Shown here: in pieces, positions 16,241-24,766 of the stretch | Layout of the letters: every line of letters starts with the position of its first letter | Numbering within the stretch: position 1 is the stretch's first letter | From: Alphaproteobacteria bacterium | GTDB lineage: Bacteria; Pseudomonadota; Alphaproteobacteria; UBA828 | Direction: 5' to 3' | Assembly: GCA_963667785.2 (NCBI GenBank) | Contig: CAXXMU010000006.1 | Coordinates: forward strand, 640,001 to 704,000 | DNA: 64,000 nucleotides | Position numbers and translations under genes: made by a program | Notes under the pieces: generated by a model | Told to the model about the DNA's origin: nothing | The model's database searches: none | What the model saw: the letters and a program-made list of their open reading frames with translations, nothing else

Positions 16241-18670
16241 TCAGGAGGCCGCCGCCTCGTCGCCGCGCGCCGCCCGGATCAGCCGCCAGAGCGAATTCGG
16301 CCTGAGCGGAAGCTCCGTGATCTCGACGCCGAAGGGCTCGAGCGCGTCGCAGACGGCGTTGCAGAGCGTGCCCGGCACGTCCGACGGGCGGCCCTCGCCG
16401 ATGCCGCGGCTGCCGAGCGGCGTGTAGGGGCACGGCGTCGGCGCATGGGTGACCGTGATGTCCGGCACGTCCGCCGCCGTCGCGAGCTTGTAGTTCTCGA
16501 AATCGGCGGTGAGCTGCTGGCCGTTCTCGTCGTAGACGAACTCCTCGAACATGGTGTTGGAGAGCCCCTGGACGATGGCGCCCTGCATCTGCCCTTCGAC
16601 GATCTGCGGGTTGATGATCTGGCCCACGTCCTCGGAGGTGGTCCAGCTCAGGATCTCGAACTGGCCGGTCTCGATATCGACCTCGACGGTACAGACGTCG
16701 GCGTTGAAGGCGATCATGGGCTTTTCCGCCTCGAAGAAGGCGGTGTGCTCGAGGCCGCCGGACTCGCCCTCGGGCAGGTTGATCGGCGCCATGATGATGC
16801 GCTCCACCGCCTCGCGGAACGTCTTCTTGATGTTGGCGTCCTTCGTGTAGGTGACGAAGCCGTCCCTGAACTCGAAGTCGGCCGGCGAGGCGTCGGCAAG
16901 CGCCAGGTCGTGGGCCATGATGCGCGCGATCTTCTCCTTGAGGAAGTCGCAGGCCTGGACCGCGGCGCTGACGAAGTAGGAGCCGGCGCGGGCGCCGACG
17001 GTGCCGGAGCCGAAGGGCGTGGTCCCGGTGTCCCCGGTGGTCACAACCACGTCGTTGGGATGGATGCCGAAGCTCTGGGCGACGGCCTGGGCGACGGTGG
17101 TCTCGTGCCCCTGCCCGCCGGGCGCATCGCCCTCGAAGACCAGCACCTTGCCGCGCGGGTCGAGCCGCACCGTGGCGGCGCCGTAGCCCGGCTGGTTCTC
17201 CATCGGCACGAAGAGCTCCGACGCCACGCCCGAGAGCTCGACGCCGAGGCCGAAGCCGATGCCGAGATAGCGGCCCGCCGCCCGCGCCTCGGCCTGGCGG
17301 GCGCGGAAGCCCGGCAGGTCGGCGTGCGCCATCAGGTTGTCCCACACCTTGATGAAGTCGCCGCTGTCGAAATACTCGTTCGTGATCGAGGTGTAGGGCA
17401 GCGTGGCGACCAGGTTCTTGCGGCGCACGTCCGCCGGCTCCATGCCGCAGCGCCTGGCCACCATGTCGATGGCGCGCTCCATGGCGAAGCGGGTCGGCAG
17501 CTCGCCGAAGGCGCGGGCCGGCGAGAGCGCGGACTTGTTGGTGACGGCGACCTTCACCTTGATGTCGCCGATCGGCCAGTCATAGGCGTTGGGGAGCTCG
17601 ACCGAGCCGAGGAAGGGCATGAGGAAGCCCCAGTAGACCCCCTCGCAGCCGTCGCCGCAGTCGGCGAGGCCGCGGTTGCGGATGGCGAGCAGGGTGCCGT
17701 CCTTCGCCGCCGCGACCTCGAGATCGTGAATCTGGTCGCGCTCCTGGCTCACCGCCATCAGATGCTCCTGGCGGGTCTCCACCCAGCGCACCGGGCGGCC
17801 GAGGGTCCTGGCCATGTGGGCCACCAGCATCGGCTCGCGGTAGAACGGCGCCTTGACGCCGAAGCCGCCGCCCTGGTCGCGCGGCGCGATGATGCGCATC
17901 TTCTCCGCCGGGATGTCGAGGATGTCCGACAGCGCGAGGCGATCGATATGCGGGCGCTGGGTGGTGAGCCAGCCGGTCATACCGTCGGACTCGTCCCAGT
18001 CGAAGAGCGCGCCGCGGGTCTCCATGGGCGCGACGCCGCAGCGGTGGCAGGTGAAGCGCTCCTTGATCACGATATCGGCGCCGTCGAACACCTCCTGCAC
18101 CTTGGCCTCGTGCGCGGCCTGGGCGTCGGCGTCGGCGCCGCCGGTGAAGTCCATCTCGAAGATGACGTTGTTCTCCCAGTCCTCGTGGACCAGGGTCGCG
18201 CCGTCGGCGAGCGCGCTCTCGGGATCGCCGACATAGGGAAGCGGGTCGTAGCCCACCTCGATCGCCTCGGCCGCGTCCGCGGCGACATAGGGATCGCGCG
18301 CGACCACCGCCGCCACCGGCTCGCCGTGCCACTTCACCTTGCCGACCGCGAGCGGCCAGTGCCTGGGATAGACGGCGGGCAGCGCCGGCTGTACGACCGG
18401 CTGCGGCATGGGCAGGATTACGTCCTTGATGTCGTCGCCGGTGACGACGGCGACGACGCCGGGCATCGCCTTGGCCGCGCTCACGTCGACGCCCGTGATC
18501 CGGGCATGGGCATGATCGCTGCGCTTGAAGACGATGTGCAGCATGCCCGGCCGCACGATGTCGGCGAAGAACCGGCCCCGCCCGGTGGTAAGCCGATGGT
18601 CTTCCTTGCGGTGGAAGTGGCTGCCGACCCAGCCCTGGCTCGTCCCGGTCATCGGCTTCGCCTCCCTCAC
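16241..18670 (-). CDS. Xanthine dehydrogenase family molybdopterin-binding large subunit (CoxL-like, not CODH)
   Basis: RKEDHRLTTGRG, GGGFGVK, GQGHETT, INPQIVEGQMQG, SRGIGEG; start at GTG 18670 or ATG 18652. Confidence 0.95.
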   Translation of the reverse strand: MREAKPMTGTSQGWVGSHFHRKEDHRLTTGRGRFFADIVRPGMLHIVFKRSDHAHARITGVDVSAAKAMPGVVAVVTGDDIKDVILPMPQPVVQPALPAVYPRHWPLAVGKVKWHGEPVAAVVARDPYVAADAAEAIEVGYDPLPYVGDPESALADGATLVHEDWENNVIFEMDFTGGADADAQAAHEAKVQEVFDGADIVIKERFTCHRCGVAPMETRGALFDWDESDGMTGWLTTQRPHIDRLALSDILDIPAEKMRIIAPRDQGGGFGVKAPFYREPMLVAHMARTLGRPVRWVETRQEHLMAVSQERDQIHDLEVAAAKDGTLLAIRNRGLADCGDGCEGVYWGFLMPFLGSVELPNAYDWPIGDIKVKVAVTNKSALSPARAFGELPTRFAMERAIDMVARRCGMEPADVRRKNLVATLPYTSITNEYFDSGDFIKVWDNLMAHADLPGFRARQAEARAAGRYLGIGFGLGVELSGVASELFVPMENQPGYGAATVRLDPRGKVLVFEGDAPGGQGHETTVAQAVAQSFGIHPNDVVVTTGDTGTTPFGSGTVGARAGSYFVSAAVQACDFLKEKIARIMAHDLALADASPADFEFRDGFVTYTKDANIKKTFREAVERIIMAPINLPEGESGGLEHTAFFEAEKPMIAFNADVCTVEVDIETGQFEILSWTTSEDVGQIINPQIVEGQMQGAIVQGLSNTMFEEFVYDENGQQLTADFENYKLATAADVPDITVTHAPTPCPYTPLGSRGIGEGRPSDVPGTLCNAVCDALEPFGVEITELPLRPNSLWRLIRAARGDEAAAS

Positions 18671-19140
18671 GTGGTCTCTTTCGCGGCGCTGCGCACCGCT
18701 TCGACGATGTGCGCGTACCCCGTGCAGCGGCAGAGATTGCCCACCAGCCCGTGGCGGATCTCGTCGTCGCTGGGGTCCGGGTTCTCGCGCAGAAACTCGT
18801 CCATGTTCATCAGGATGCCCGGCGTGCAGTAGCCGCACTGCAGGGCGTGATGCTCGTTGAAGGCCCGCTGCAGGGGCGAGAGCGTGCTGCCGTCGGCCAG
18901 ACCCTCGACGGTGGTGATCTCGTGCCCGTCGGCCTGGGCGGCCACCATCAGGCAGGACTTCACCGCCTCGCCGTCGAGCTGGACCGTGCAGGCGCCGCAG
19001 ACGCCCTCGTAGGTGCAGCCGATGTGGGTGCCGGTGAGGCCCGCGCGCTCGCGGATGAAATCGACCAGCAGCATGCGGACCGGCACCGTCTCCTCGAAGG
19101 TCTCGCCGTTGATCGTCACCGTGACTGCCGTGGTGCTCAT
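18667..19140 (-). CDS. [2Fe-2S]-binding small subunit (CoxS-like)
   Basis: GCTYEGVCGACTV, QCGYCTPG, NLCRCTGY. Confidence 0.96.
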   Translation of the reverse strand: MSTTAVTVTINGETFEETVPVRMLLVDFIRERAGLTGTHIGCTYEGVCGACTVQLDGEAVKSCLMVAAQADGHEITTVEGLADGSTLSPLQRAFNEHHALQCGYCTPGILMNMDEFLRENPDPSDDEIRHGLVGNLCRCTGYAHIVEAVRSAAKETT

Positions 19141-20030
19141 TGCCCGGCCTCCCCTCCCGTCGCCCGCGCGAAGGCGCTGCCGGCCACCTCGGCACCGAGC
19201 GAGCGGATGAGCTGCTTGCGATAGTCGCTGTCGGCCCAGAGATCATGCTGGGTCTCGATCTCGGCAGCGGCCGCCTCCATCGCCGCCCCGATGGCGGCCG
19301 CATCGCCGGCAGCGGTGCCAGCCAGCGCCGCCTCGGCCGCGCTCGCGCGCTGCGGACCGGTGGCGAGCCCGCCGACCGCCACCCGCGCTGCGGCGCAGCG
19401 GCCGTCCGCCACCGCGAGCGAGACGCAGACGCCGATCACCGGCAGCGCGTCGGTCACCAGACCCCACTTCTTGTAGGCGGAGCCGGCGTTCCCCGCGGCC
19501 GCCGGGATCGTGATGGCGGTGAGGATCTCGTTCTCCTCCCGCGCCGTCTCCAGCGGGCCGCCGAGGAACTCTTCCGCCGCGAGGCTGCGCGTGCTGCCAT
19601 CCGCCGCGGTCAGCTCCAGCGTGGCGCCGAGGCCGATCGCGACCGGCGGCATGCAGGCGGCGACATAGTTCCAGCAGAGGCTGCCGCCGATGGTGCCCCG
19701 GTTGCGGACCTGGCGGTCGCCGACGTGGCTCGCCGCGTCGCCGAGCGCGCCGTAGGCGCCGCCGAGCCCCCCGTGGCCGGCGATCTCGACGTAGCGGGTC
19801 ATGGGCCCGATACGCAGACCGTCCGCGCCCGCGTCGATGCCCGAGAGGCCGTCCACCGCCTGCAAGTCGATCAGGCAGCGCGGACGCACGAGCCGCGCCT
19901 TGACCGCCTGCATGAGGCTCTGGCCGCCGGCCACGAACACCGCGTCGCCTTCGTCGTAGCGGCCCAGCGCGGCCAGCGCGTCGGAGACCGTCGCCGGCCG
20001 CACATATTCGTCGATCGGTGCTGGATACAT
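19137..20030 (-). CDS. FAD-binding medium subunit (CoxM-like)
   Basis: MYPAPIDEYVRP, AGGQSL, QVRNRGTIGGS. Confidence 0.95.
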   Translation of the reverse strand: MYPAPIDEYVRPATVSDALAALGRYDEGDAVFVAGGQSLMQAVKARLVRPRCLIDLQAVDGLSGIDAGADGLRIGPMTRYVEIAGHGGLGGAYGALGDAASHVGDRQVRNRGTIGGSLCWNYVAACMPPVAIGLGATLELTAADGSTRSLAAEEFLGGPLETAREENEILTAITIPAAAGNAGSAYKKWGLVTDALPVIGVCVSLAVADGRCAAARVAVGGLATGPQRASAAEAALAGTAAGDAAAIGAAMEAAAAEIETQHDLWADSDYRKQLIRSLGAEVAGSAFARATGGEAGQ

Positions 20031-20109
20031 GCTGGCTGCTCTCCGTCTATGGCGGACCGGGCATTATAGGTGCGGCCGCCGCCGCCGTGCACGGGTGTTT
20101 GGCGGAGGG

Positions 20110-20298
20110 TCAGTCTGGGACTGGCACGTCGAGATCCTTGCAGATCTTGCGGGCCAGACGGTCGTCGATCTCCGCGTGTCGTGGAACGGCCGAACGCCTG
20201 TTCGACGAGGGGTTATGCCACCAGGAGTGCCTCGCTCCCTCACGCAGCAACGCGCAGCCGTTCTTGCGCAAGTGCCGCAGGAGTTTCCGCCGCTTCAT
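20110..20298 (-). CDS. hicA: Type II toxin, HicA family
   Basis: 62 aa, basic, REGARHSWW, VPRHAEI...ICKDL. Confidence 0.9.
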   Translation of the reverse strand: MKRRKLLRHLRKNGCALLREGARHSWWHNPSSNRRSAVPRHAEIDDRLARKICKDLDVPVPD

Positions 20299-20507
20299 AC
20301 GACGACGGTAGCTTCTTCATAGTCCTTCCCGGCGGCCTCCAGGGCTTCGCGACGATTCATTTCGAGCGCTTCCCGCAATGTCACTCGGAGCGTTTCCAAC
20401 AGCTTCTCCTTCGTGCGCTCCTGGCAATTGACGCCCGGAATCTCCTCGATCCAGCCAATCCACCAGGGGCCGGATTGCTTCACCACAGCCGTGAACCCTT
20501 CCTGCAT
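20295..20507 (-). CDS. hicB: Type II antitoxin, HicB family (short form)
   Basis: WWIGWIEEIPGVNCQERTKEKLLETL; ATGA overlap with hicA. Confidence 0.9.
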   Translation of the reverse strand: MQEGFTAVVKQSGPWWIGWIEEIPGVNCQERTKEKLLETLRVTLREALEMNRREALEAAGKDYEEATVVV

Positions 20508-20573
20508 GATGATCCGCTCCCATTCACGGCGCCTTCGGACCCGATCGCTTGCAGCGCGCAGGCGCCGAGTGCC

Positions 20574-21101
20574 CTAGCGCACGAAGTTCTGGACGTAGTC
20601 GGCGCCGAGGCCGACCTCCTCGTAGTGCTGCCTGGCGCGGTCGAGGCGGTGGAAGACATCCTCGGCGCGGACGTCGCGGCCCTCCTCGTCCACATAGTTG
20701 ACCGAGCCCGAGATCGCGAAGAAGCAGTGCATCTCGGGGCACCCCTCGTCGACCACGAGGGTGTGGACCTCGCCCGGCGGCTCGTAGATGTAGGTGCCCT
20801 CGTCCGCGATCCAGTCATGCTCGAGATAGCGGAAGGCGCCCTTCAGCACGAGACCGTGAACCGGCGCCGGATGCCGGTGGCGCGAGACGAAGCCGCCGCC
20901 CGTGACCTTCACCACCTCGCACCAGCCGCCCTGCACCGTGTTGTACATCAGCGGGCGCAGCCAGACGCCCTCCTTCAGCGGCACCCAGACCCGCTCGTCC
21001 TCCGGTGCGGTCGGGAGCACGATATCGGGCGGCGAAAAGGGATGGGCGCTCGGCGCATTGATGCGGGCGACGGGGGCGGCGTGGCTGGCGGCTCGGCTCA
21101 T
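20574..21101 (-). CDS. Cupin, 2,4'-dihydroxyacetophenone dioxygenase family
   Basis: DERVWVP, SRHRHPAPVHG, YLEHDW, EPPGEVHTL. Confidence 0.9.
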   Translation of the reverse strand: MSRAASHAAPVARINAPSAHPFSPPDIVLPTAPEDERVWVPLKEGVWLRPLMYNTVQGGWCEVVKVTGGGFVSRHRHPAPVHGLVLKGAFRYLEHDWIADEGTYIYEPPGEVHTLVVDEGCPEMHCFFAISGSVNYVDEEGRDVRAEDVFHRLDRARQHYEEVGLGADYVQNFVR

Positions 21102-21302
21102 GGGGGAACTCTCCTCGCACGGGCGCGCCGGGCGCGGCGCGCGGCCCGAGCCTAGCCGAACGGCGGGCCGGCGCAAGCTGCACGCGGGGCGCGGAGCCGG
21201 GCCGCGCTCGCGAGGGGCGGCCGATTGCGCTACCGTGCGCCGGACCCGCTGCGCCGCCCGACCGCCGCGCGGGCCCGGCCCCCGGCAAGGAACCTGCCAC
21301 CC

Positions 21303-22049
21303 ATGCCTTCCCCGAACGAGTGCGACTCCCCAGGCCCTGCGGGACAGGCGGGCGAGGGCCGGCAGGCCGCAGACCGGAGCCTCAACGACATCGCCTACGA
21401 CGCGATCAAGGACGACATCATCTCGTGCGCCCTGCAGCCCGGCGAGGACGTCTCCGAGGGCCTGCTGGTAGCCCGCTATCGCATGGGCAAGGCGCCCATA
21501 CGCAGCGCCCTGATGCGCCTGCGCCAGGAAGGGCTGATCGTCTCGCGCGGGCGCCAGGGGAACGCGGTCTCCCCGGTCACGCTGCGCGACGTTCAGGAGA
21601 TCTTCCAGCTCCGTCTCGTGCTCGAGGTCACCGCCGTCAGGCTCGCGGCGGGCAAGGTCGATGCGGCGCGGCTGCGCGCGCTGAACGAGGCCGCCCACGC
21701 CACCCATGCGGCCGGCGACAGCGCCGGCGAGGCCGCCTATCTCAGGGCCAACCGCGCCTTCCACCGCTACGTCGCGGAATGCGCCGGCAATCAGCGCCTG
21801 GTCGCGCTCGTCGTCTCCCTCATGGAGCAGCACGAGCGCATCGTTCACCTTGGCCTCGCCCTGCAGCGGCGCGAGCGCGAGTTCCACCACTTCCACGACG
21901 AGCTGGTTACCGCGCTGATCGAGGGCGACGGCGAGCGCGCCGCGCAGTTGACCGAGGCGGCGCTGCGCGGCGGCCAGAAGAAGGTGATGGAGGTGCTCAC
22001 CGCATCGGCCGCCGAGGTGGCGCCGGGGACGCTGGACGTCAGCCTCTAG
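21303..22049 (+). CDS. GntR family (FCD domain) transcriptional regulator
   Basis: AYDAIKDDIISCALQPG wHTH, PIRSALMRL, NRAFH, HDELV. Confidence 0.93.
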   Translation: MPSPNECDSPGPAGQAGEGRQAADRSLNDIAYDAIKDDIISCALQPGEDVSEGLLVARYRMGKAPIRSALMRLRQEGLIVSRGRQGNAVSPVTLRDVQEIFQLRLVLEVTAVRLAAGKVDAARLRALNEAAHATHAAGDSAGEAAYLRANRAFHRYVAECAGNQRLVALVVSLMEQHERIVHLGLALQRREREFHHFHDELVTALIEGDGERAAQLTEAALRGGQKKVMEVLTASAAEVAPGTLDVSL

Positions 22050-22133
22050 CCCGGGGGCCCGGCCCGCCTCGCAGCACAGCCGGCCGGCCCCGGCCACCGC
22101 CGCCGGAAAGCACGGCCGACGCCCGCAGGCGTA

Positions 22134-22162
22134 TTGACATGTCAGACGACATGTCATAAGTC
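22134..22162 (+). promoter_or_regulatory. Sigma70-like promoter overlapped by palindromic operator TGACATGTC-N4-GACATGTCA
   Basis: TTGACA at 22134, TAAGTC 17 nt later; perfect 9-bp inverted repeat at 22135-22156. Confidence 0.7.
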
Positions 22163-22168
22163 TCTGCC

Positions 22169-23143
22169 ATGGCGACCATGGTGCGGCTAGCAGTGCTGGC
22201 TGCCGCCCTGATCCTGGCCCTGTGGCCGGTGGCGGCGCAGGCGGGCGCGGCCGGGGCGGCGCACGTCGAGGACGAAGCCGGCCTGTTCGCGACGTTGACC
22301 GAGGTGCTGACGGACTTTCAGCACCGCGCCAACGCCGAGGTCTCCTTCCACATGAACGCGATCGAGCGGGGCGAGAACCTCGGCGCCTTCCTGCTCGCGC
22401 TCGCGATCGCCTTCGCCTACGGCGCCGTCCATGCGCTCGGCCCCGGGCACGGGAAGTTCGTCATCGTGTCCTATTTCCTCGGGCGCGAGGCGCGGGTGAT
22501 GCGCGGCGTCGTGCTCGCGATCCAGATCGCCATCGTCCACGTCATCGCCGCCGTCGTCATCGTCTGGCTGGCCGATGCCGTGCTGAGAGGCGGTTTCGGG
22601 CTCGGGCTCTCGGAGATTCCGGGCGTGCGCGCCGCGAGCTTCCTCATCATCGTCGGCATCGGCCTCTACATGCTTTACCGGGCCGTGCGCGCGACGCTGC
22701 GCGCGCGCAGCCGCGGGGCGGGCGGCCACCACCACCATCACCATCACGACCATCATCATGACCATCACCACGGCCACGGTCACGATCATGGCCACGGTCA
22801 CAGTCACGGCGGCAAGGCGGAGGGCGGCTTCCTCGCGCTGGCTGCCGGCATGGTCCCCTGCCCGGGCGCCGTGCTGATCATGCTCTACGCGGTGGGCAAC
22901 GACATGATCGTTCCGGGATCCCTGCTCGTGGCCTCGATGTCGCTCGGCATCGGTGCGTCCATCTGCGTGCTCGGCGTCGGCGCGATCCTCGCGCGGCAGG
23001 CGGCCATGCGGGTCATGGAGCGTTCCGGCGGTGGCGGGCGGGTCGAGACGCTCCGCCACGGGCTGAACTACGCCGGCGCCGCCCTGGTGACCCTCATCGG
23101 GCTGGTCTCCTTCGTCGCCTATCTCGACGCGCCGCTCGGCTGA
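22169..23143 (+). CDS. RcnA/NicO-like nickel/cobalt transporter with His-rich loop
   Basis: YGAVHALGPGHGK, poly-His tract, GMVPCPGA. Confidence 0.9.
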   Translation: MATMVRLAVLAAALILALWPVAAQAGAAGAAHVEDEAGLFATLTEVLTDFQHRANAEVSFHMNAIERGENLGAFLLALAIAFAYGAVHALGPGHGKFVIVSYFLGREARVMRGVVLAIQIAIVHVIAAVVIVWLADAVLRGGFGLGLSEIPGVRAASFLIIVGIGLYMLYRAVRATLRARSRGAGGHHHHHHHDHHHDHHHGHGHDHGHGHSHGGKAEGGFLALAAGMVPCPGAVLIMLYAVGNDMIVPGSLLVASMSLGIGASICVLGVGAILARQAAMRVMERSGGGGRVETLRHGLNYAGAALVTLIGLVSFVAYLDAPLG

Positions 23144-23234
23144 CGAGCCCGAGACGTGACGGGCGGCACGCTCACATCACCCGACGGCAAGGCCGCATCC
23201 GCCCTGCGTACCGCTTGCAATACGCCAGGAACAA

Positions 23235-23251
23235 ATGCAACATTATTACAT
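23235..23251. promoter_or_regulatory. Putative Zur box
   Basis: AT-rich imperfect palindrome ATGCAACATTATTACAT 40 nt upstream of znuA, similar to the proteobacterial Zur consensus ATGTTAT-N3-ATAACAT. Confidence 0.65.
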
Positions 23252-23290
23252 TATTGCTCGAATAGCCGCCCGACATGGGGAGACAGGATC

Positions 23291-24316
23291 ATGGATCGCC
23301 CGGCGAAGGAAGCACGACGCGTTGCCCTGTCACTCGCCGCGGCGGCTCTCCTCGGCTGTGCGGTCGCGGCACCGGCTGCGGCCGACGACGACGGATTGCG
23401 GGTCGTCGCCTCGATCAAGCCGGTGCATTCGCTGGTGAGCGCGGTGATGGCGGGCGTGGGCGAGCCGCACCTGATCATCCGGGGCACCTCGTCGCCGCAC
23501 ACCTTCACCATGCGCCCCTCCGACGCGGCGGCGCTCGAGGATGCGGACATCGTCTTCCTGATCGGCGACACGATGGAGACCGCGCTCGCCGGGCCGGTCG
23601 ATACGCTGGCGCAGCACGCGCGCGTGGTCAGGCTGTTCGACGCCCCCGGCCTGGTCAAGAAGCCGCTCCGCGAGGGCGGCGCCTTCGAGGAGCACGATCA
23701 CGACAGCCACGGGCACCAGGGGCAGGACGACCATGGTCACGGGCACGACGATGACGACGACCATGCCGACGAGCACGAAGACGACGGGCCGTTCGACATG
23801 CACGTCTGGCTCGATCCCATCAACGGCTGGACCATGGCGCGCGCGATCGCGGCCACACTGGCCGAGGTCGACCCCGCCAACGCCGCGACCTACGAGGCGA
23901 ACGTCGATGCGCTGCTGCACCGCCTGGACCATCTGACCGGGGAGGTCGCAGCCCAGGTGGCGCCGGTGCGGGGCGTGCCGTTCATCGTCTTCCACGACGG
24001 CTACCGCTACTTCGAGGACCGCTTCGGGCTCGCGACTGCCGGCTCCGTCGTGGTGAGCCCCGAACGCCCGCCCGGCGCCCGCCGCATCGCCGAGCTCCGC
24101 GACAAGCTGCACACGCTCGGCGTGGTCTGCGTGTTCGACGAGCCGCAGTTCGACCGGCGCCTGGTGCGGACCGTCATCGAAGGCAGCGACATCCGGTCCA
24201 GCACCGTCGACCCCCTGGGCGCCGACATCGAGGACGGGCCGGCGCTCTACGAGACGCTGCTGCGCACCATGGCCGCGTCGTTCGCGGGGTGCCTCGCGCC
24301 CGACGCCGAGGGATAG
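23291..24316 (+). CDS. znuA: Zinc ABC transporter substrate-binding protein
   Basis: Signal peptide, VVASIKPVHSLV, SPHTF, His/Asp loop, DMHVWLDP, FHDGYRYFE, CVFDEPQF. Confidence 0.92.
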   Translation: MDRPAKEARRVALSLAAAALLGCAVAAPAAADDDGLRVVASIKPVHSLVSAVMAGVGEPHLIIRGTSSPHTFTMRPSDAAALEDADIVFLIGDTMETALAGPVDTLAQHARVVRLFDAPGLVKKPLREGGAFEEHDHDSHGHQGQDDHGHGHDDDDDHADEHEDDGPFDMHVWLDPINGWTMARAIAATLAEVDPANAATYEANVDALLHRLDHLTGEVAAQVAPVRGVPFIVFHDGYRYFEDRFGLATAGSVVVSPERPPGARRIAELRDKLHTLGVVCVFDEPQFDRRLVRTVIEGSDIRSSTVDPLGADIEDGPALYETLLRTMAASFAGCLAPDAEG

Positions 24317-24766
24317 CGGAGCCGCGCACGGGCGGCCTTCGTCACGGCGCGCCGGCCACCTGACGAAAGGGGACCACATAGGCGAGTTGACGCCGCTCCG
24401 CTTGGGTCGATCGAACGTCTCGGTGGTGCGTAACCATCCGTCGCAGGCCGTGCCCGTTCGGCTTCAGCGTTTCGACAGGCACCGCGATCCCCCGCGCAGG
24501 CTCGCCCGGATCGGCGGTCGAAATCCATCAACTGATGTGATTACACCACCCAAGTACTGCGAGCGCGCTCATAAGGCCGAAAGCGATTGTCGCCGGCGAG
24601 GCCGCTCGTCCGGCTCGCAGCGAAGTCCGCTGCAGCAGACGGAACCGCCAGATGCCATCCGCGTCCGGGTTCCACATTGATCGCCCGCGCCCTCGCGCAT
24701 CCCGGCCGAAATCCAGCTGCCCCGTTGACATGCATATGCCACGCCCAGGCTTCAGGAATTGTGTCG

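Noticed and set aside
16241-18670. Aerobic CO dehydrogenase
   Set aside because: Lacks the AYRCSFR/AYRGAGR loop and no coxDEFG genes are nearby
22726-22810. CAC/CAT/GAC short tandem repeats
   Set aside because: Encodes the His-rich loop of the transporter; not a CRISPR or VNTR system
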